A DNA stretch of 61,349 bases, filler included, from Sphacelaria rigidula (GCA_964200075.2; 10 parts of 10 records of this genome joined end to end with filler, not necessarily neighbours in it); one strand, 5' to 3'. Shown: positions 45,196 to 59,263, counted from the whole stretch's first letter. Notes: generated from the letters alone by a model not told the origin. Made by a program: numbers and translations.

Positions 45196-46238
45196 CTACC
45201 TAAAAGGAAGTACGCAATGAAAAGATGTTAGCCGAGAAGTCACGGCTGATGGAAGCTAATCACTTAGACTTATCAAGAAGTAGGGTAGGATCCTCGGTAC
45301 TTAATGCCCTAGCTGCTGCAGCGCCCGGCGGTTTGCATACTTTTGTCCGGGCAGCAGTCTGTTGTGGCCCTACACCGAAATCTATTGCGACCGACCAAAC
45401 GTATCGATCGATAGTTTTCCAAATCTATTGATGACGGCAATGGCTATCGATAGACCGCGTGCCGCATCCGTTGATGACGACGATGGCTATTGACACGTTG
45501 TATACCAAATCTATTGATGACAGCAATAGCTGTTGATAGATTGCGTACAAATCTCTCCATGGTGACAATGAATATCGATAGATACCAGAATCTACTGTGG
45601 TATACAATGCCTACCGATAGATATTCTCTGTCGTCTATTGCCACACCTACATCGCAACATACTGTAAGGAGGGCGTATCCAAGGGGGGACTGGGAATTGA
45701 TCACAGGCAATAGCAAGCAGAGGGGCGATTGAGCAATGGCTACCTAAAAGGAAGTACGCAATGAAAGGATGTTAACCGAGAAGTCACGGCTGATGGAAGC
45801 TAATCACTTAGACTTATCAAGAAGTAGGGTAGGATCCTCGGTAATTAATGCCCTAGCTGCTGCAGCGCCCGGCGGTTTGCATACTTTTGTCCGGGCAGCA
45901 GTCTGTTGTGGCCCTACACCGAAATCTATTGCGACCGACCAAACGTGTCGATCGATAGTTTTCCAAATCTATTGATGACGGCAATGGCTATCGATAGACC
46001 GCGTGCCGCATCTGTTGATGACGACGATGGCTATTGACACATTGTATACCAAATCTATTCATGACAGCAATAGCTGTTGATAGATTGCGTACAAATCTCT
46101 GCATGGTGACAATGAATATCGATAGATACATACCAGAATCTACTGTGGTATACAATGCCTACCGATAGATATTCTCTGTCGTCTATTGCCACACCTACAT
46201 CGCAACATACTGTAAGGAGGACGTATCCAAGGGGGGAC
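45144..46238. repeat. Tandem duplication, 2 x ~544 bp, few substitutions and one small indel
   Basis: GACTGGGAATTGATCACAGGC at 45144 and 45688; twin ORFs at 45225 and 45769. Confidence 0.95.
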
Positions 46239-49200
46239 AGACTAAGGAAGAGGCTGTCCCAAGAGATGTCGTCCTGATGCCGAAGGAACTCCGAAGCTGA
46301 CGATGATTTCCTCGTGTGAGATGTAGGCAAGAAGTGGGTCAGACACAGAGTGGTCGCTGGAGGCGACCGGGTTCCTCGGGGGATGTTGGACCGTCCTGAA
46401 TATTAGGCTCTTCCTGGCATCACCCCGAGTTGTCTAGTTTCGTTGGCATTACAGGGTCCTCGGGAAATCTGGTCCTTCCGGAACGTTCCTACCTCTTCCC
46501 TGCTTGCACTGGGTCTGTATACATGTGTAACATCAGTCTTTGATATGTCACTGCAAAGGGATATCTCCCACATGTATTTGTTTTTTCAGGGGGGGGTTAT
46601 CGCGGCATTACTATAGTCTCCATCCGGTACCCCTATCCAGAAACAGTTTGTGCACCCCTACCGTAGCATTGCTCTCCCCACCTTCGTTCTGCGGTGCTTG
46701 CCTTATTTTTTTCATCGAGAGAGGGTTCAGCACTCCCTTTCCCTCGTCGACCATTAATTCCTTTTTTTTTCATGCCTCATGTAAGGCATATCATAATTCG
46801 AATTCAAATGGATTCAACTTTGTTCATTCGTCTTCCTCGTGAACTTCGGTCACTTCTTTCGCATCCATGGTGTGATATTTGGAAAAAAGCAGCTCGTGAA
46901 GCCCGGAATTTCCATGTGTGCAAAGCCTGTCGACTGAAAGAAAACGGCCGTCGACAGGGTCGGGTCGTGCAGTGATTCCAAGCGGAGCTTGCAATGCACG
47001 TGGACCAAGGTCACCGATGGTGTAGTAGACGTAACCAAAAATCATATACCATTGTTCCTATAACACTCGTACGTCCTTGAAGCACATATACCGACCGTAC
47101 GAGACATCGGAACACCAACTTGCAACGGAGCGGCACAAATACGGTAGCATTGACCATTTCAAGCGTAAACGTCGAGAATCATCTTCGTGCAATCTGGCTA
47201 CTACTTTTTTTTTTTTGTCAGACAGGTTTGAGGCGTACACATTCCATATTTGAGAGCATTTCGAAGTAAAATACAGGGGTAGTCCAGGAAGACGGGGTGC
47301 TTGAGTACCGATGCAGCAGATTAAGCTAAACTATTGAACACAAGACTGCTGTGCTGCTGCTGTGGGCTTGCGTATGCGTGCTCGTGTGCTCTATATTATC
47401 ACACGACAAAATTCAGCCGATTTTTGGCTTGTGTGCTGCTGATATTCTACCGAAAAAATTAACTAATCAAGTTTGTTGATTTATTTGACGTGTTGTTGAT
47501 AAGTTGAAATCAACTAATCATGATTTGATAAGCCGATTTGGAGAAAAATCAAGAATCAAATCAACACCTAAAAATAGTTGATATACAACCCTACATGACA
47601 GCCAAGTGACAGCTGTTTCGTTCTTTCCTCCCTCGACCGGAACAATAATGTAAATCCGGCTATGCATAATCGGATTCGAACTTGACTGCAATCCGGCTGG
47701 CTAAAAGTTGCATATTGTAAAAATTCGCCCCGATCCACAACCCTCAGATCCCGCTACGCTCTGATCCACCACTATGCTCCTCTTGTGAAAATGAAATACT
47801 TATAGTTCTCAAAGTATGAATTTCATCCCGGTACTCGTCAGTTCTGTAAGATTTGCGAAGACTCTCATACCCTACCGAACACACCCTAACCCTACGAAAA
47901 AACAGCGCTATTGTAAGAGCTGTTAACAATCAGCTCTGTTCAGTTTGGTCGATACTAGCCGCGCCAGTTGCCAGCACATCGATTTTTTCCCCAGGTAATC
48001 GCCCCTCCCGGCTGGTGGGGGGTGCCGCGCAGGAGCGCCGCCGGAGGCAGAAGAAATTACGGTGTTTGACCTATTTTTCCTGCAAATATCGTAAATAGTT
48101 ATGAAAAATGCAAAACAACTAGATACCAACGAAGTTTGTGGTACCTGTGCTGCTGTAGACTGCAGACTTCAATCGTACAGTCTAATTATATGAAGTATTC
48201 CTTTGTTATATATCCACGTGATGGAACTAATATATAAATACTTGGTAAAGACAAGCGGCACAACACCTCCAGATGAACTGGACAACTGGCGCTCTCGTAG
48301 CCATTTCCAGTTTAACTCCAGTTACAATGAAGATATACAGTATCAACTGGTCCAGTTCCCAGTCCATTTAATGCAGGTGTTCGGTGTACTTTCCCGCAGG
48401 AGTTGACATCATCCATTTTCAGCCCACGAATCAACACACATGGGGAACGGGGCGCTAGAAGGGGACTCTCACCTTCTTCGTGTTAACGCAATACAACACA
48501 CTCCTACATGCTGTACTTGCTTGAATAGAATACCACAATTTCTAACAAGCCGGTGGTTTTCCCACTATAAGATCATCGAGGAGTAACCTGATCACTGAAA
48601 GCAGCCTATTAACCCACTTCCTTCCTTTTCCACCTACTTGATATCGTTGCTTTCAACACCCGTTCGTCACGCATTCGCTCACAGTACAACTATGTCTCCT
48701 TCCGTACTTTCCTCGCTAAACGTTTCGCAACCGTCCCTTCGTCCTTCCCCCGATTCGTTCAACATCGGCAGGTGCTCCGTGTGTACTACCCACGCGTCTA
48801 TATCCCAGGAGACACAGCCAGCCCCGAAAGGCGTCAGGAAACAGGTCCCCTTCCTCTGCCTTGCGTGTGGCGCGGACATCGGGGTCAGCACTCCATACCA
48901 CCGAGCTCCTGTCGGATCTCCAACGGCATTTGTTGCAGGAGAAAGAGGCGTTTGCCTCGAGAAACGACAACTCCACACCTCGGAAAGTACCGCGAGTCAA
49001 TACTCATTCCCCCTCCTTCCCCTCACCTCTAGACTCTTGGGCTGGCGTCGAGTGGCAACGGNNNNNNNNNNNNNNNNNNNNNNNNNNNNNNNNNNNNNNN
49101 NNNNNTTAATTAATTAANNNNNNNNNNNNNNNNNNNNNNNNNNNNNNNNNNNNNNNNNNNNTACCTCGTCCTCCAACCCCTCTCGACCCGTGTCGCGTCT

Positions 49201-50084
49201 GGCCCTCAGCCACCTTTGCTCGAATCCCGGCCCACTTACGACCAGATCCCCGGGAGTGACCGCAAAAGGCTGCTTCGCGGTGAGCCTCCCTTTCCTCTCT
49301 CGACTCTCTTGCACACTGGCTATTACAACATGCTGCGTACCATCTGCGCCGCCTATCGCAGCGGTAATGTACGAGCCCCTGGGGCCATTGTGCGGTATTT
49401 TTGACCTGATCCCCATCACAACCCCTCCCCGCCCGTATCCCATTCCAAATGGTAGAATGGGCATGTGTCTGAGACCTCCAAATACAGGGCCGCTTCCGGC
49501 TGGCAGATTTCCCTGCCGGGTTCTACAGGGAGCCTGAGTTGTCTGTTGGATACGACCAAAACCACGCGAGTACATTGCTGATAAAGGATTTCTTGAGGTA
49601 TCCAATCCACAGCCTCTCTAGGCGTGTTGTATACCCTGTACTTTCCCCACAAGGGAATTTCGGGGTATACGATCTTCTGCTGGCCGGGCTTCGTGATAAG
49701 GAACGGCTCGTTCATTTGATTGAACGTTGAACGCTGCGACCGAAATCAACGGTGGACAAGGTAGAGACAGCCGGCGGCAACGAACATGAGAAAGTAAGTT
49801 CGCGATACGGAGGAGGGGCGGTGGTTGGAATCAGCGCTCAGACAGGGGTCTCAAAACCACCATGTGTAGTTGTTCCCGGAACCACATGTCCCCCGGGCAT
49901 CGCGATGTGGACGCGCCCATAAACGGACCCCAAAAAAACTGTGTTTTCGGGAAGTGCGGTAGAGCGGGAGGGAAAAAAACTCGATACCACGCAGTAAAAA
50001 AGACTACATCTCCAACGGTGCACGAAAAAACAGAAACGCGCAATTATGTCCCATCTTTTTGTTTGGACCTTTCAGGGGGGGAGG

Positions 50085-50410
50085 GGGGGAGGCGTACTCG
50101 TTTGTTGCTTGCCTTAGTCGTTTGACCATTGACCGCGCATCTTTTTCGAGACGGAGCACCGTTCCTACTCCTAATGGAGACATCTCCAACATTTTGGCGC
50201 TCATTACGTTCCTTCAGCAGCTCACTACGTTTTTTCCATACATTACACAAGAACATTTTACGTAGCTTATCCCCGTTCTTTTTCGCCGTCTCTGGCCACC
50301 ATCCATCTTCTAGTGTAGATATCGTCTTCTCCCTACTGCTCAATGTATCAAACGATTGCATACCGCCTTCGTTCACGTCCCGGATTTCCCCCTCTAGCAC
50401 GTCCCGTGCC
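50085..50410 (-). mobile_element. LINE ORF C-terminal fragment and 3' end
   Basis: RDVLEGEIRD...REKTISTLEDGWWPETAK...FLCNVWKKR...NGAPSRKRCAVNGQTTKASNK; its tail matches 18437-18505. LINE assignment is from recalled family resemblance; no RT motif is in this fragment. Confidence 0.7.
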
Positions 50411-51871
50411 GTCCCGTTCGGGTAGGGGGGGGAGGGATTCATTGTTGTGCGTTTTTTCCTCGTGCACCCCCGACACAATCTTCAAATCGTGAGACAGTCG
50501 CGTACATATCAGGACGTAAACAGCGGTAAAAGGCGAGGGAAGAGAGGACTACGGGGTCACAGTGTCTTTATCGCCCCCCCATGCAGCGCTGTTCTCACCT
50601 CCAGCTTGTAGCCGAAAGTCTGTGAAGCCCCCGTCATGATAGTTTCGGTCGTGTCCCCTGGACCCCGAACCAGCAATCCTCGCGGCGTAGTGTCCGCGGG
50701 CAGCGCGGATGGGAGTAGTGTCGGCCCCACGTACACCTCGCCGCTGATATCATACTGCCGGCAAAGGTGGCACATGAGCACACGCGCGGTCGGGGTCATT
50801 GGTGTAAGCTACATCTGGCACATCAGATATAAGTCGCGGATGGTCAAATCCGATCCAGTACCTGCACGTCTGCCAAAGACGCGGACCAACGATCGCGATA
50901 CTTCGAGCAAGTATTCGGTTTTACGGGGGCTCACCTTTGACATCCCCATCAGAGGGGCCTTTTGGAAGGCCCTCTCCATACGGCCCTCAATCTCGGTCGC
51001 GAGACGTGGAGGAGGAGCTCCGTGGGGAGATCAAGCTTGAGAGCGACCTCCAGTAGCTCCGTGCTCTCTACCCCAAACCTCATCACATATCCCGCCAGGG
51101 GGAACCTGTCCGAAGACAGTACGATGATCCCGACGTCATGACAGATTCACCACAATCGATCACTGTGAGGAGCACTCTGAATTCGATGATTCCCGCTCGA
51201 AGCTTGGCTGAGACTTGTCCCAACATGTATTACCACGCAGGGCACGTGCAGGGGGGGGGAAGGGGGGGCTCTCGCCGACAGATGCTGTATATGTACGTTA
51301 CGGGGAAGACTGCACTGCATTACTTCGTTGTGTCCTCAAATCTTGTTATAATTTTGAGTCGTGGCGAGAAAGCGAGCAACCGTGTAGTCATTTCCCTTGC
51401 CAAAAAAGTGCCGTAAAAAAGGGGCGCACGGATTACCTGCATATACCTTTTGTTTCACTCCGCGGTGGTGTTCATCTCCAAAGCTCATCATTGAACTCCC
51501 GGACACTTACGTGCGAGTCGCAAAAGTTGGTAAGACCCATCCCGCCGGGGTGATGCGGAGTGCCAACGAGGTGTGGTGGCGACATAAACTTCTTCGCGAG
51601 CCACGACCGTGTGGAAGTCGTCAGAGTGGGAGAAACTAGCCCTGAAAAGTGCTGGCGACAGCAACTACCCCGAGGCCGCTTACATGTGGATAAAAACACA
51701 TACACACGCATATACATACCCGACCCCTGGCAACAATTGAAGTGATGACCGAAAGAGCAGGCGTATGAACTCTTCCTGCAGCCACCTGCCGCTTCGGACT
51801 GTAATGTAGTGTGTAGAATCATGGTTGTGTCATACAGCGCACGTCACACTTGAGCACAGTCAGCAGTGCGG

Positions 51872-52560
51872 TACGAGCTGGACCAGCCTAGAGGCGTATT
51901 CGAAATTCGCAGGCCCATGCTCCCGCCAATACTTGGAGTTGGACCCTGAAATTTGGTATGAACAATGAATAGGGCGTGAAAAAAAGTATTACGTCGGCAC
52001 CAAAGTTTTTATCCCTTGTTTTCATGAGTTAAGGGCATTTTACTGACACCTGAAAACTGATTTTTGCCCTTACCTCATCAAATAAAAAGTAGAAATTGGT
52101 GACGATGAAATATTTTTTCATGCCCTATGCATTGTCCATACCAAATTTCAAGGTCCAACCCTACAAGGTTGGCGGGAGCATGGGCCTTCAAAAAGCCGGG
52201 TCAGTGGAAATTCGGAACAGTATTTCGCACACCACTCACTGGCCTCTGTTCAATTTTCGTGTATCAAAAGTTTGGTTGGGCGCTCTCCGAGGGCATAATT
52301 AAGAGAACAAAGTGGATCAGGTTGCTCTTTTTCAGTTTTGATCACTGGTTTAGGGCGTTCCACTATGGTAAGGACCATTTGTTTACAAGAACGCCTCAAA
52401 CTCTTCGAAAAAAAAGAATGAAGGCCCATTTCGTTCTTCATTCGGCACTTTTTTTGTGTTCTCCACACCAAAATTCGTCGCCATCCGCTGAGTACATCGA
52501 TCGGGATTTTTGTATTGGCGCTATCCCCCTTAGGTACAGGAATTACTAGGCATGGGGTTT
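51872..52560. mobile_element. DNA-transposon-like repeat with internal ~75-bp inverted repeat, copy 1
   Basis: AGGCCCATGCTCCCGCCAA... (51911-51985) pairs with ...TTGGCGGGAGCATGGGCCT (52112-52187). Confidence 0.7.
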
Positions 52561-52838
52561 AATTAACGAGAAAATATAGGTTCAAACGTTTGAGCAGACG
52601 GGCAACTTGCCCTTGACTAGACGACTGATACGATATGCGGATCACGGCCTAACTCGTCTGTGTCGATGGGATATTTCTTTGAGAGCTCAAATCCGTTTTC
52701 AGGTTGGCCCAGCTCGTACAGCAGCAGTGTCGGCGGTTGGGCTCGGGATTTCGTCAGTCATATATCCCGCAACGTTCACGGTTGACCGTGTAACGATATC
52801 CTCCAACCTACTCTAGCACGCCACTTAGGCCGCTTCTT

Positions 52839-53450
52839 ACGAGCTCAGCCAGCCTAGAGGCGGATTTGAAGTTTGCAGGCCTATGCTCCCGCCAATATTT
52901 GGAGTTGACAATGAAAAGGGCATGAAAAAAATGACCTCGGTGCCAAACGTTTTTTTCTTAAGGAGTTGAAGGAATTTCACTGATAGCTAAAAACTGATTG
53001 TTGCCCTGGACTGCTAAAATAACTATTTTTACACCGAGGTATTTTTTTTCATGTCCCATTCGTTCGTTGTGCATACCAAATTTCAGCGTCCGACTCTAAA
53101 TATTGCCGGGAGCATGGGCCTTCAGAAAACAGGATCGGTCGAAATTCGGAACAGTATTCCGAAGGCCACTCACCGGCTGACGCTTGGTTTTCGTTTATTG
53201 AAATGTTGCGTGGATGCTCTTCAATGCAAAATCAACAGAACGAAGCAGGTTATTTTTTTTTAATATTTCTTTCATAGGTTGAGGGCATTCCAGTATGGCC
53301 CATTTCTTCACGAGAGCAACCTAACCTCTACGAAAAAAACTTGAAAAATAACGGTTCACTTGTTTTTTTATTCGCAACACTTTTTTGGTTCTCCGTGCCA
53401 AGTTTTAAATCATAATTATAAACATTGGGCCAAAACATCGAGATAAGGCC
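52839..53450. mobile_element. Diverged adjacent copy 2 of the same element
   Basis: ACGAGCT..CCAGCCTAGAGGCG start and colinear GGGAGCATGGGCCTTCA...GAAATTCGGAACAGTATT. Confidence 0.7.
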
Positions 53451-55134
53451 TACGTGCAACGTTCGTTTCTCCCCAAAACTCCACTAAAACACAAAAAAAA
53501 CATGCAGAAATGAAGGTAAAGAGCTCTCTCGAATTTTTCCCATGCCTGAAGTCATGGGGATAGAGGATGCAAGGAGCAGAGGCAGATATTTTACGAACCC
53601 CGCACAGCCCACCGAACTTTTCGAATCCCTCCAGAGATATTTCACGGACACCATCTGAGGGGGAAGGTGATGGATTTGGGGAGTGCCGCATTCCTTTGAT
53701 TCGAGAACACCCCATAAAAGTATCGACTGTGTGTAAAGTGCACTGCGTGCCAACAATAGTTTGAGCAAATCAGGCACTCCCACCGGAGATCAAACCGTCT
53801 CCACAAAGGCCTGAAGACGCCACAGCACAGCGACACCTACAACGCACAAGGCAGACCATGAGCGTGTCTGTGCTACTGCACAGTCATACAGCGCATGCCC
53901 CATTCGATAGTCCTTGCCCTAATTTCAGGTGGGTCCTCAATTTTTGCCCAGCGGCGATTTCAAATGCTCGGCCATAATCCCGATTGCCGCGAAAAAACTT
54001 TATTTCAATTTGAGTTACCCCTATCTGTGGGAGGTGAGCAACTTTTTCGGGGTTTTATTTTTGTCTGTTAAACGGAGCGGCCTCACCAGCGACTCGATAC
54101 AGTACAGGCAGATCCTACTGTACCGCTCAAGAGGTGCGAAGTCGGTTGTTTTCACAATCCACGTTTGTCGTCTCGAACGAAATACCGGAAGTCTGAAGGA
54201 GGCCGACTCGGAAGACAATTACAATAAGTTCAAAGCAGAGTTCAAGACTGTGCAAGCCCGCTCCAGCGAGTGTGCATCCAGCAACCGGAACAAGGCTGGT
54301 TCCTTCTCACCTCCGTGAACTCCTCTGCATTCGCATCCGATTGCTGTGATCTTCCACCTTGGGGGAACGACTGTGAAGTGTGATACAGGTGCGTTGTGGG
54401 GGGGGGGGGGTGGGTGATGTGCGGTTATCATGTTTTCCTCATCTCGCGGAAGCACCTGCACTTAGGGTATCTTCAAGCTCTACTTTTCAGGGGCCATGTG
54501 CAGGTACGCCACGGAAACGAGAGGGTATACCCGAGTTCGCCGGTACGCGCTGTTTGTGTTTGCAAACGGGAAGGTCCCGGCGAGATACGAGCCGTGACAT
54601 ACACAAGAACACGGACGAGACAAGCTGTTGTTGTAACTGTCTCGTGCATACTGCTGCCTTCAATCCTCATCATGAGGAACATTGCCGAGGAACGTTGGTG
54701 ATGCAACCTGCCCAAATATATTCCATATACGTGGGACAGTGTTGAAATAACATTTGCGCCGCGAAGTGAACACAGAAAAAGTACAGATTTGAACCCGAAC
54801 TTGCGTTGTCCATCCGTGAAGAGTGTTTTGGCGTGTATATGCCCCTACACCTGTGAAAATCACTAAGGGAGTTTCGATCGATGCTGTACATATGCCCGTG
54901 TGCCTGTGACCAGTACTCGATAGCGCAACCTCAGATTTTTGTGCGCATCGTGGTACCGACTTGCGCTGGTGATGGCTTCAACTCACGAGTGGCGTGCGCT
55001 CCTCTTCCGCCAGTACTCTCTTCGCCACTATTCTTTCCATCCCCTTCACAAACAACAGCAGGCTTCACCCGCCACCATGCCCTTGACTGAAGCCGGCTGG
55101 CCTCTGCCCTCGCGCGTCTCGCGGAACACTCCAC

Positions 55135-55205
55135 CCCTTGAGACACCCATGAGGCAGTGTATAAGCCGTGACTGTCTCGGGAAGTGGCGATACCAAAAAA
55201 TAAAG
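55135..55205 (+). mobile_element. SINE-like family A fragment at contig end
   Basis: GAGACACCCATGAGGCAGTGTATAAGCCGTG... Confidence 0.8.
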
Positions 55206-56855
55206 NNNNNNNNNNNNNNNNNNNNNNNNNNNNNNNNNNNNNNNNNNNNTTAATTAATTAANNNNNNNNNNNNNNNNNNNNNNNNNNNNNNNNNNNNNNN
55301 NNNNNCTTTTGAGCAGATGGGCACCTTCCCCTTGGTTAGACGATCACTACGATATGCGGATCACGGCCCGACTCGTCTGTGTCGATGAGATATTACTTTT
55401 AAAGCTTAAATCCGTTTTTTGGCTGGCCCAGCTCGTAGGTACGTATTCTTTTCGGCGATTTTAGGCCTTGCCACACCTAATTGGAAAAAAGAAAAAATCG
55501 CAACTGGTTGTTTCATATACTAGCCAACCGTGCGTTGTTCAGATCGGTTTGTGGCTCAAGAGCAGTATGATCGACCTACGTAGCTTCATTTGCCCCGGAG
55601 CAAGGAGTGGCATGTCTCTCGCTTCAGGCACCTCTCCCCCGCCCTCTTCCCCATGTATGGCCTTGTAAAAAAAATAAATACCAAAGCAGTATAAATACCT
55701 CTGCAAGCCGCTCATTAGCTGCAGGAGTGTTCCAATGCACACATACGACTGGTTGGGTGAGCCGGTTTTTTCCAACACTTCCCCGTATACGGTTCGTCGA
55801 GGTCTCCAGCAAAGTCTAGAACTCAGCCGCCTTGCTGGGGGGATTTGATCACCACGTCAGTTCAACCTGCCTGACTCCCGACCACTTCGTACAAAAATCA
55901 CGGAAATACGAGTAAATCCTTACTCTGATTTCAAACACGTTCTCGACTCCATTTTCAAAAGTTTGACCACGTCCGGCGGCCGAATTACGTATGTTTATCG
56001 TACACTTTCCCCCTACGCTAACTTTGAGATTGTAGGAAACTTTTGAGCGTGGTTCCGAAACTGAAAGATATGCCCTTCCCCCCCCAGTGCCCAGAGGGCG
56101 AGGCCAATATTATGACGACGACATGCATGATCATGAGTATACCCAGTGCCTAGAATTTTTTTTTCCCATATCAAACAAAATGTTCGCCGGTCTGGTCTCT
56201 CTTTTTTTCTTCTATACACGTTGTCCAGTCAGCATTGCTGTTCGCACGGCCGGAGTGCAAAGTAAAGTATATACATATACCAGAAATATACCATTCCCAT
56301 CTAGCTTCTTCGCATACATTTGTAACTGTATTTTCTGGAGAAGGTTTAGATCGCCTGCGGGCGTGGAAGAGGCTGGCATACAACAGGTGCGTCCTGATCC
56401 GCCCAGGAAGTTGGTTGTCCGGGCAAAAGCTCCTTACTCTAGGATGTAACGTGTGTGTGATACGAGTTGTGGGTAGGAACTGGACGAAGCGTATTGAACT
56501 CCAATATATGGTTGTGAAATATACGGACAAGGGGAGCGGGAAGCCCCGTTCACCCATAAGTACGACAATCGCCAGAACAGGGGTGGATAATGACGATCTT
56601 CAAGGCTGCAGTAGATCGACCGATGGACGGCGAGGGAATCCCCTGGTTGCCCAGATATGTGGCAAATCACCCGGACAGGAATTGATGATAACGATATTCA
56701 CGAGGGACGGCCCGGAGCCTGCGAGTAGGGGTGTGGTATATGAGAGGTGGTATTTACAGCGACATGTTCAACAATTCAGCCGCAGCTGTTCACCTTTGTG
56801 TTGGTGCTGCTTTCAAACCTGCCGAGTTTCTGACACTTTCGTCTTGCTGGTTCAG

Positions 56856-56961
56856 GTGGTGCAGGGAGAACGACGACGAATGCCAAAAGATGGCTGCGAC
56901 CGCAGGCAGGCTGTACGAGAAATATGTCTCTCGCGACCCGGCGTTAGACTACGTGGCAATG
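56856..56961 (+). CDS. Glycosyltransferase family 90 (CAP10/POGLUT-like) C-terminal exon
   Basis: TTCAG acceptor, ATG|GTACGT donor; WCRENDDECQKMAATAGRLYEKYVSRDPALDYVAM matches the GT90 C-terminal W..END..(A/C)..IA......Y pattern. Confidence 0.78.
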
Positions 56962-59086
56962 GTACGTTGGTCGTCATCCGTGTATGGAGAATTAGTGCAG
57001 ATGTGGCATGAAGCTGTGCTGCGCGATGCTGTGTGTAGAACAAGTTGTTGGAGTGATACATACATATATGTATATCCCCAACACTACAGGGGGTAGGGTA
57101 CACATTTTTTCTCCTGTGCTTCATTTACACATCATACATTTGACATTTTTTCCCATTTGCGAGCCCTGCGGACAAGTGCACTTTTTTCAGTTGCTTCTAG
57201 AGTGCGACGAAACGGGGTCATTCCGTTGTTCCCAGAAGCGCTGAGAAGCGAGCATTTCCTCTTACTTGATTTCAGAGTGTGACGAAACGGGGTCATTTCG
57301 TTCTTCCAAGCTCTGACAAGGCAGCATTACTTGATTCTAGAGTACACGTTTTCCACGTCAGCCTCTTCGCTTTCATTTCGCTAGACATTCCGCATTCCGC
57401 TTCTACAGGAGGGTGCGGGAGCATCGCTTTCCGAGCAGTGTTCTGCATGATGTTTTCATCCGGGCGCTCCGCCGTGCTTTCCTCGCTGTGACAGTAGATC
57501 CTTTGGGCGTCCACCGCACACCGCACATAGACCTTTTAATCGTGTTTCACTCGTGGGCTCGTGGAATCGGCATCGCTTTCAGCTGAATATTGAACCGGCA
57601 CGAAATGCTCTGCTTGCTCCCGAACATATCCGTCTTCTACTTTTTTCTTGTCAGAATAATTTTTATCATGAGTCGCAGGAGGTTTGGGGAGCGTCGCGTT
57701 CCCAACGTCTCTGCCCACGCGACGCCGACTGGATGTGGCTGCTCTGTTCGTATTAGAGGTATCTCAAACTCAGCTCCCGGTATCCTGGTTTATTCGCTGG
57801 CTCTGAGTTGTGTACTAATTTTTCAAGTAAAAGTGATCGCGATATTATTGGAGGACCTGACCTGGCGGTCAAAGGGTCTCATCATCTGATGAATCGGCAT
57901 CACTTTCACTTGGAAAAAAAAGAACAAAACATACCAGGATGCCGGGAGCCGAGTTTGAGATACCTCTATTATGCCCAGTTTTCTCCCGAACATGTCCATT
58001 TGCAACTGTTTTTTGTAAAAACTAATTCTATCATGAGCCGCGGAGTTTCCACATACTTTTTTTCGGGTCATGTCTGTGATGTTGAGTTGAGTCCGTGGTC
58101 GCCGTTGACCGTGTTTCGAGGGATATCGGTCGCTACTGTTCGTCGATTGTCGCATCATATGTTGCGTTTCTCTTAAATATCCAGTACGTTGCGGGTATTG
58201 CCTGCTTAGTTCGTTGTCCATGACAGCAGGGAGGATGACTATTTCATGTCTTTTCAGTTGCTCTTTCTGGACTCTGTTTCGTACGATGGGTCATGTCTCT
58301 GGTGTGGGGTTCGTCCACGAGGATCTTTCGCGGGAAATCCGTTCCTACTGTGGGTCGGTCGGCTGCATCATATGTTCTGTTTCTCTTGATATATCCAGTA
58401 CGTTGCGGGTATTGGCTGCTTTGTTTGTTGCCCAGAGATAGAGAAGGGGAAACCTCATGCCCTACGTATTGTGATGTGTGACGAATGTCCCCCGGGTGTG
58501 TGTGTGTATGTCGGCGATGGAAAACGTGTATGCGTGTCTCCGTGTGTGTTATCCGACTGTGGAGGTTGTCATTTACCCGTTCCTGTAGGTACAATTATCA
58601 AACACCAAAAAACCACTTCTGATATCCAGCCCACGGGACACGTGTCACCATACGCACACAGCGGGAAAAAAAACACTTATAACTATGATCTGTGCCGCTA
58701 CCTAATGCGAGCAACAATGATCGGTCCTCATGTACCTTGGCTATCGATATTATTGAGCGTGGCGGCGTAAGCCGCCGAACCCCTTGTACTTATATATATA
58801 TATATATGTTTGTGGCATGTTCCAGTCGCCGACTTGTGCTGTTGGTTAATTTCGTCAAGTGGCCCGCGTCGCTCCGTGGAATTTCGATGTTTCACTTCCC
58901 CCCGCTGATTGTAAAGCTAGCTATAGACGGGTCGCGATAGCTAGCCTCCGTTTCAATCGGATATGTTCGTTATCACCGAGAATATATCTGAATCCATACC
59001 CATACTCACACCCCCCATCCGGACCCGCGGTTTACGTGCCGTTTCTGATTCGATTTTATCGTTGTCCGTGGTCTTCGGCTGTTTAG

Positions 59087-59263
59087 CTCTCGCACGAGAT
59101 CAACAAGCGGTATATGGTGCCGCCCAAATGGTGGACGCCTTCGACCGCTCTCGTCGACACTCCACCGCCCGTCATGCCGCAGCTGGCGTGTAGTTTGTGC
59201 AGCCGATATGGGCTGTGCACTCGCTGCAAGGCTGATGCAGCGACCGCTGCAGCCAAAATGAAG
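59087..59263 (+). CDS. GT90 gene, next exon (3' boundary uncertain)
   Basis: TTTAG acceptor, phase 0 matching the previous exon: LSHEINKRYMVPPKWW...CSLC...CTRCK...KMK; ends at a GC donor (59264), a GT donor (59268) or the stop at 59317. Confidence 0.65.

Noticed and set aside
56235..57011. 258-aa ORF and a candidate exon at ~56344-56386
   Set aside because: The GT90 exon is in a different frame, and the upstream candidate encodes nothing resembling GT90.
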